Source: Escherichia coli
Lineage (GTDB): Bacteria; Pseudomonadota; Gammaproteobacteria; Enterobacterales; Enterobacteriaceae
DNA length: 64,000 bases
Reading direction: 5' to 3' (one strand)
Assembly: GCF_003019035.1 (NCBI RefSeq)
Contig: NZ_CP027448.1
Shown here: positions 61,595 through 64,000 of the stretch, in pieces
Layout of the letters: every line of letters starts with the position of its first letter
Position numbering within the stretch: the first letter of the stretch is position 1
The notes under the pieces: generated by a model
The model's input: only the letters and a program-made list of their open reading frames with translations
What the model was told of the DNA's origin: nothing
The model's database searches: none
Translations under genes and position numbers: made by a program

Positions 61595-62525
61595 ACTTTA
61601 GCAAAACGTACCAACCGGACAAAATAGATGAAGGGCGAAGTACTGAGGTAGCACGCCACCGTTTGCACCATACCAGCCATTTAGTTGGTACATCAGCTGT
61701 TGCATTATATTCGCGGGGAGGACGGCGACGTTGTGTTATTCGGTAATCAACCCCTTCCTCAATAGTCCCTGATGCAGCCAGTATACGCGATAGAGTAGCT
61801 GAGGCTTCCCGGAGGGAATCCGGGCACGTTGCAGCAATCTGTTGCAACGTGGTCACGGTGATATGGTCTAGTTGAGCATCCCTTTGCAGAAGCATTGCCA
61901 TACACATGGCATTTCTGATGCCGTTGTTCCGACTATCACGAGGCACATATCCCAGAACCTGCATCATATTGTCAAGCTGGCTGACGGCAAAATCGGTGCT
62001 CTGTCGGCCAAAAACCTTAAGACAGAGCCGATATTGATAGAATATGCCACAGTGTTCCAGCCGCTCAAACCCACATAGCAACCATGCTAACGCTATAACA
62101 TATTGCCGACAGTTGCCGCTGGCTCCAAACCGTCGACGAAATTCCCCTTCGCTGTTGCAAATAACTTCTAACCACTCTTCTTGTGTCCAGGCCCAGTATG
62201 TTTTCCGGATGCGCTGCATCTCTAGGACTATATCGTGAATAGATGAATTGTAGGGGGCCTTGGCCGCATGCATTTTTGTTAGCGTGTCGCGTAGTGGTAA
62301 AAGAAGGCGGGAAAGCCGTTTTTGTATATCAGGTGACCAGTTTTTACCTCCTTGCTGGAAGTGGTCGACCAATGTATCCAGTGCCGCAAGCTCGCTTTCA
62401 GAGATCTCCGATCGGGTATCCCAAAGTAGGGCAGGAAGACTGAGTGATGTTGTCGGACAAGGCGCTGTATGTTCAGATTGCATCATGGAGAAGGATCCTG
62501 CTGTTGTAGTACAGTAAGGCGGCAA
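61575..62525 (-). CDS. Recombinase-associated ORF (overlaps both flanking recombinase genes)
   Basis: 316-aa ORF overlapping the upstream gene by 43 nt and the downstream gene by 20 nt; no catalytic motifs seen; could be an accessory protein or the frameshifted N-terminal part of the 439-aa recombinase. Confidence 0.5.
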   Translation of the reverse strand: MPPYCTTTAGSFSMMQSEHTAPCPTTSLSLPALLWDTRSEISESELAALDTLVDHFQQGGKNWSPDIQKRLSRLLLPLRDTLTKMHAAKAPYNSSIHDIVLEMQRIRKTYWAWTQEEWLEVICNSEGEFRRRFGASGNCRQYVIALAWLLCGFERLEHCGIFYQYRLCLKVFGRQSTDFAVSQLDNMMQVLGYVPRDSRNNGIRNAMCMAMLLQRDAQLDHITVTTLQQIAATCPDSLREASATLSRILAASGTIEEGVDYRITQRRRPPREYNATADVPTKWLVWCKRWRATSVLRPSSILSGWYVLLKCGQLVS

Positions 62526-63535
62526 GTATGCAAGGATGCGACCGTGTAATTGAAACGACTACTCAGATCACGTGCGCTGAGATGAATATAGAGCAGAGTT
62601 GACTGGATACGACGGTGGCCAGCGAATGCAGCAATTTCGTGGATGTCCCACCCCACGCGTGCCAGTTCTGTCAGACAAAGATGTCGGAATGTGTGGGTGC
62701 TGATGAGTGGAAGATCAGCCTTAATAGCTAAACCGCGAACTACTTTTGACCAAGTCCAGTTGCTAATAGGTTCTGCCCGATTACGCGGAGAGCGTGAGAG
62801 AAACAACGGACCGCGAGATGAGCTTAGCATACGACGTTCAGTGAGCCATGCTGTGTAGAGTTCCCCCGTCACAGGAGAATAGGGCACAACCCGACCAAAG
62901 CGGTTTTTGGTATGCTCAGCGCGCACAGTGAGCAAGCGTTGAGAAGGGTCAATATCTCCGGTAGCTACTGTGCAAAGTTCTTCTCTGCGTAATCCGCAGT
63001 CGTAGGCCAGTGCCAGCATAAAACGAGTACGGATATCAGCTTGTCCGGCTACCTCAAGAAAGCGCAACCACTCCGCATCATCCGGGATCCACGGTAGCCG
63101 CCGCTGCAACGGCACTATACCAGCTTTTCCTTTCCCTCCGTTTTTCCAGACACCTCGTCTGACAGGATTTCTCTCCCGTATCCCCTCCTCACAAAGCCAA
63201 TAGTTGTACAGTCGTACCACCGTCAGCCGGTGGCGGATAGTGGCAGCTGCCAGCTGGCGACCGGTATGCAGGCTGCGGACATAGAGTGCGACCGTATCAC
63301 GTCCAGCGACAGCAGCCGTCAGGGCAACAGAGTGACAGAAAGCGAGCCAGTCATTGACGCCACGGGCATAGGCATCAATGGTGTTTGGAGCACACAGCAG
63401 GTCCTCCTGCAGGCACACCCACCGGCAAGCTGAAGGATCGGCCGACAGAAAAGGCAGCGCATCCAGCAGTTTCTTGTGCACAGCATCCCCCTTTTCGATA
63501 ACAGAATGTGTTGTATGAAATATAGTCAATTCCAA
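62483..63535 (-). CDS. Tyrosine recombinase (XerC/D-like)
   Basis: 350-aa ORF with GLRREE, HTFRH, GHRRIQSTLLYIHL catalytic-type motifs. Confidence 0.85.
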   Translation of the reverse strand: MELTIFHTTHSVIEKGDAVHKKLLDALPFLSADPSACRWVCLQEDLLCAPNTIDAYARGVNDWLAFCHSVALTAAVAGRDTVALYVRSLHTGRQLAAATIRHRLTVVRLYNYWLCEEGIRERNPVRRGVWKNGGKGKAGIVPLQRRLPWIPDDAEWLRFLEVAGQADIRTRFMLALAYDCGLRREELCTVATGDIDPSQRLLTVRAEHTKNRFGRVVPYSPVTGELYTAWLTERRMLSSSRGPLFLSRSPRNRAEPISNWTWSKVVRGLAIKADLPLISTHTFRHLCLTELARVGWDIHEIAAFAGHRRIQSTLLYIHLSARDLSSRFNYTVASLHTCRLTVLQQQDPSP

Positions 63536-63543
63536 ATAACATA

Positions 63544-64000
63544 GAAGCGAAGCGGCTGGGCATAAAAATGGGAGTACCGTGGTTTCAGCTGAAGTCGGTG
63601 AAATTTCCGGAGCCGGTCATCGCCTTCTCCAGTAATTACGCGCTATACGCATCGATGTCGAACAGGGTTATGTCTCATCTCGAGGAGCTGGCGCCGGGCG
63701 TGGAGCAGTACAGTATTGATGAGATGTTTCTCGACGTGCGGGGTATTGACAGCTGCATCGATTTCGAGGATTTCGGCCGGCAGCTGCGTGAACACGTCAG
63801 GAACGGGACTGGCCTGACTATCGGTGTCGGAATGGGGCTAACCAAAACGCTGGCAAAGTCAGCACAGTGGGCTTCCAAAGAGTGGCCACAGTTTGGTGGC
63901 GTGCTGGCGTTAACGCCAGGCAATATCCGCCGTACGGAAAAACTGCTGTCACTGCAGCCGGTGGAGGAAATCTGGGGGGTAGGCAGCAGGATATCAAAGA
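63544..64000 (+). pseudogene. impB: impB (UmuC-like), 3' portion after the insertion (continues beyond window end)
   Basis: In-frame EAKRLGIKMGVPWFQLKSVKFPEPVIAFSSNYALYASMSNRVMSHLEELAPGVEQYSIDEMFLDVRGID... matches the UmuC region that follows the N-terminal fragment. Confidence 0.8.

Larger units (their letters stand above)
55252..63547. mobile_element. Integrative element of about 8.3 kb inserted in impB, with tyrosine recombinase genes and cargo
   Basis: impB reading frame resumes at about 63544; imperfect terminal inverted repeats TTATGTGGAATTGC (55257..55270) and TTATTTGGAATTGA (reverse complement of 63526..63539); recombinase genes at the right end. Confidence 0.65.

Noticed and set aside
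60275-63535. Integron interpretation of the recombinase cluster
   Set aside because: No attC-like repeats or cassette array; the recombinases are at the element end next to inverted-repeat termini, which fits an integrative/transposon-like element better.

Overview
This window reads as a contiguous segment of an F-like (IncF) conjugative plasmid, with most genes on the minus strand. From left to right: (1) the end of a RepFIIA-type replicon (partial repA1, tap leader peptide, CopA antisense RNA, copB); (2) accessory genes and finO; (3) an essentially complete F-type tra operon running from traM/traJ/traY/traA at about 37.0 kb down to traI/traX at about 5 kb, with a vapBC toxin-antitoxin pair on the opposite strand between traD and traI; (4) oriT with the F-type nic motif at about 37.36 kb; (5) a leading region carrying gene X, hok/mok/sok, psiA, psiB, a ParB-like gene, ssb, two orphan methyltransferases, a putative antirestriction gene and several DUF-type genes, organised behind three direct copies of a roughly 620 bp structured repeat that I interpret as Frpo/ssi-like single-strand promoters; (6) an SOS-type impC-impA-impB operon whose impB (umuC-like) gene is split by an insertion of about 8.3 kb. 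That insertion carries tyrosine recombinase genes at one end and two cargo modules: a metallo-beta-lactamase-fold protein translationally coupled to a fused E2-like/E1-like/JAB protein, and a divergently transcribed wHTH-WYL (BrxR/CapW-like) regulator followed by a small multi-pass membrane protein. The cargo is the best candidate for an uncharacterised system here. All identifications rest on reading the ORF-track proteins and the DNA against remembered family signatures and F-plasmid gene order; no database search was run.
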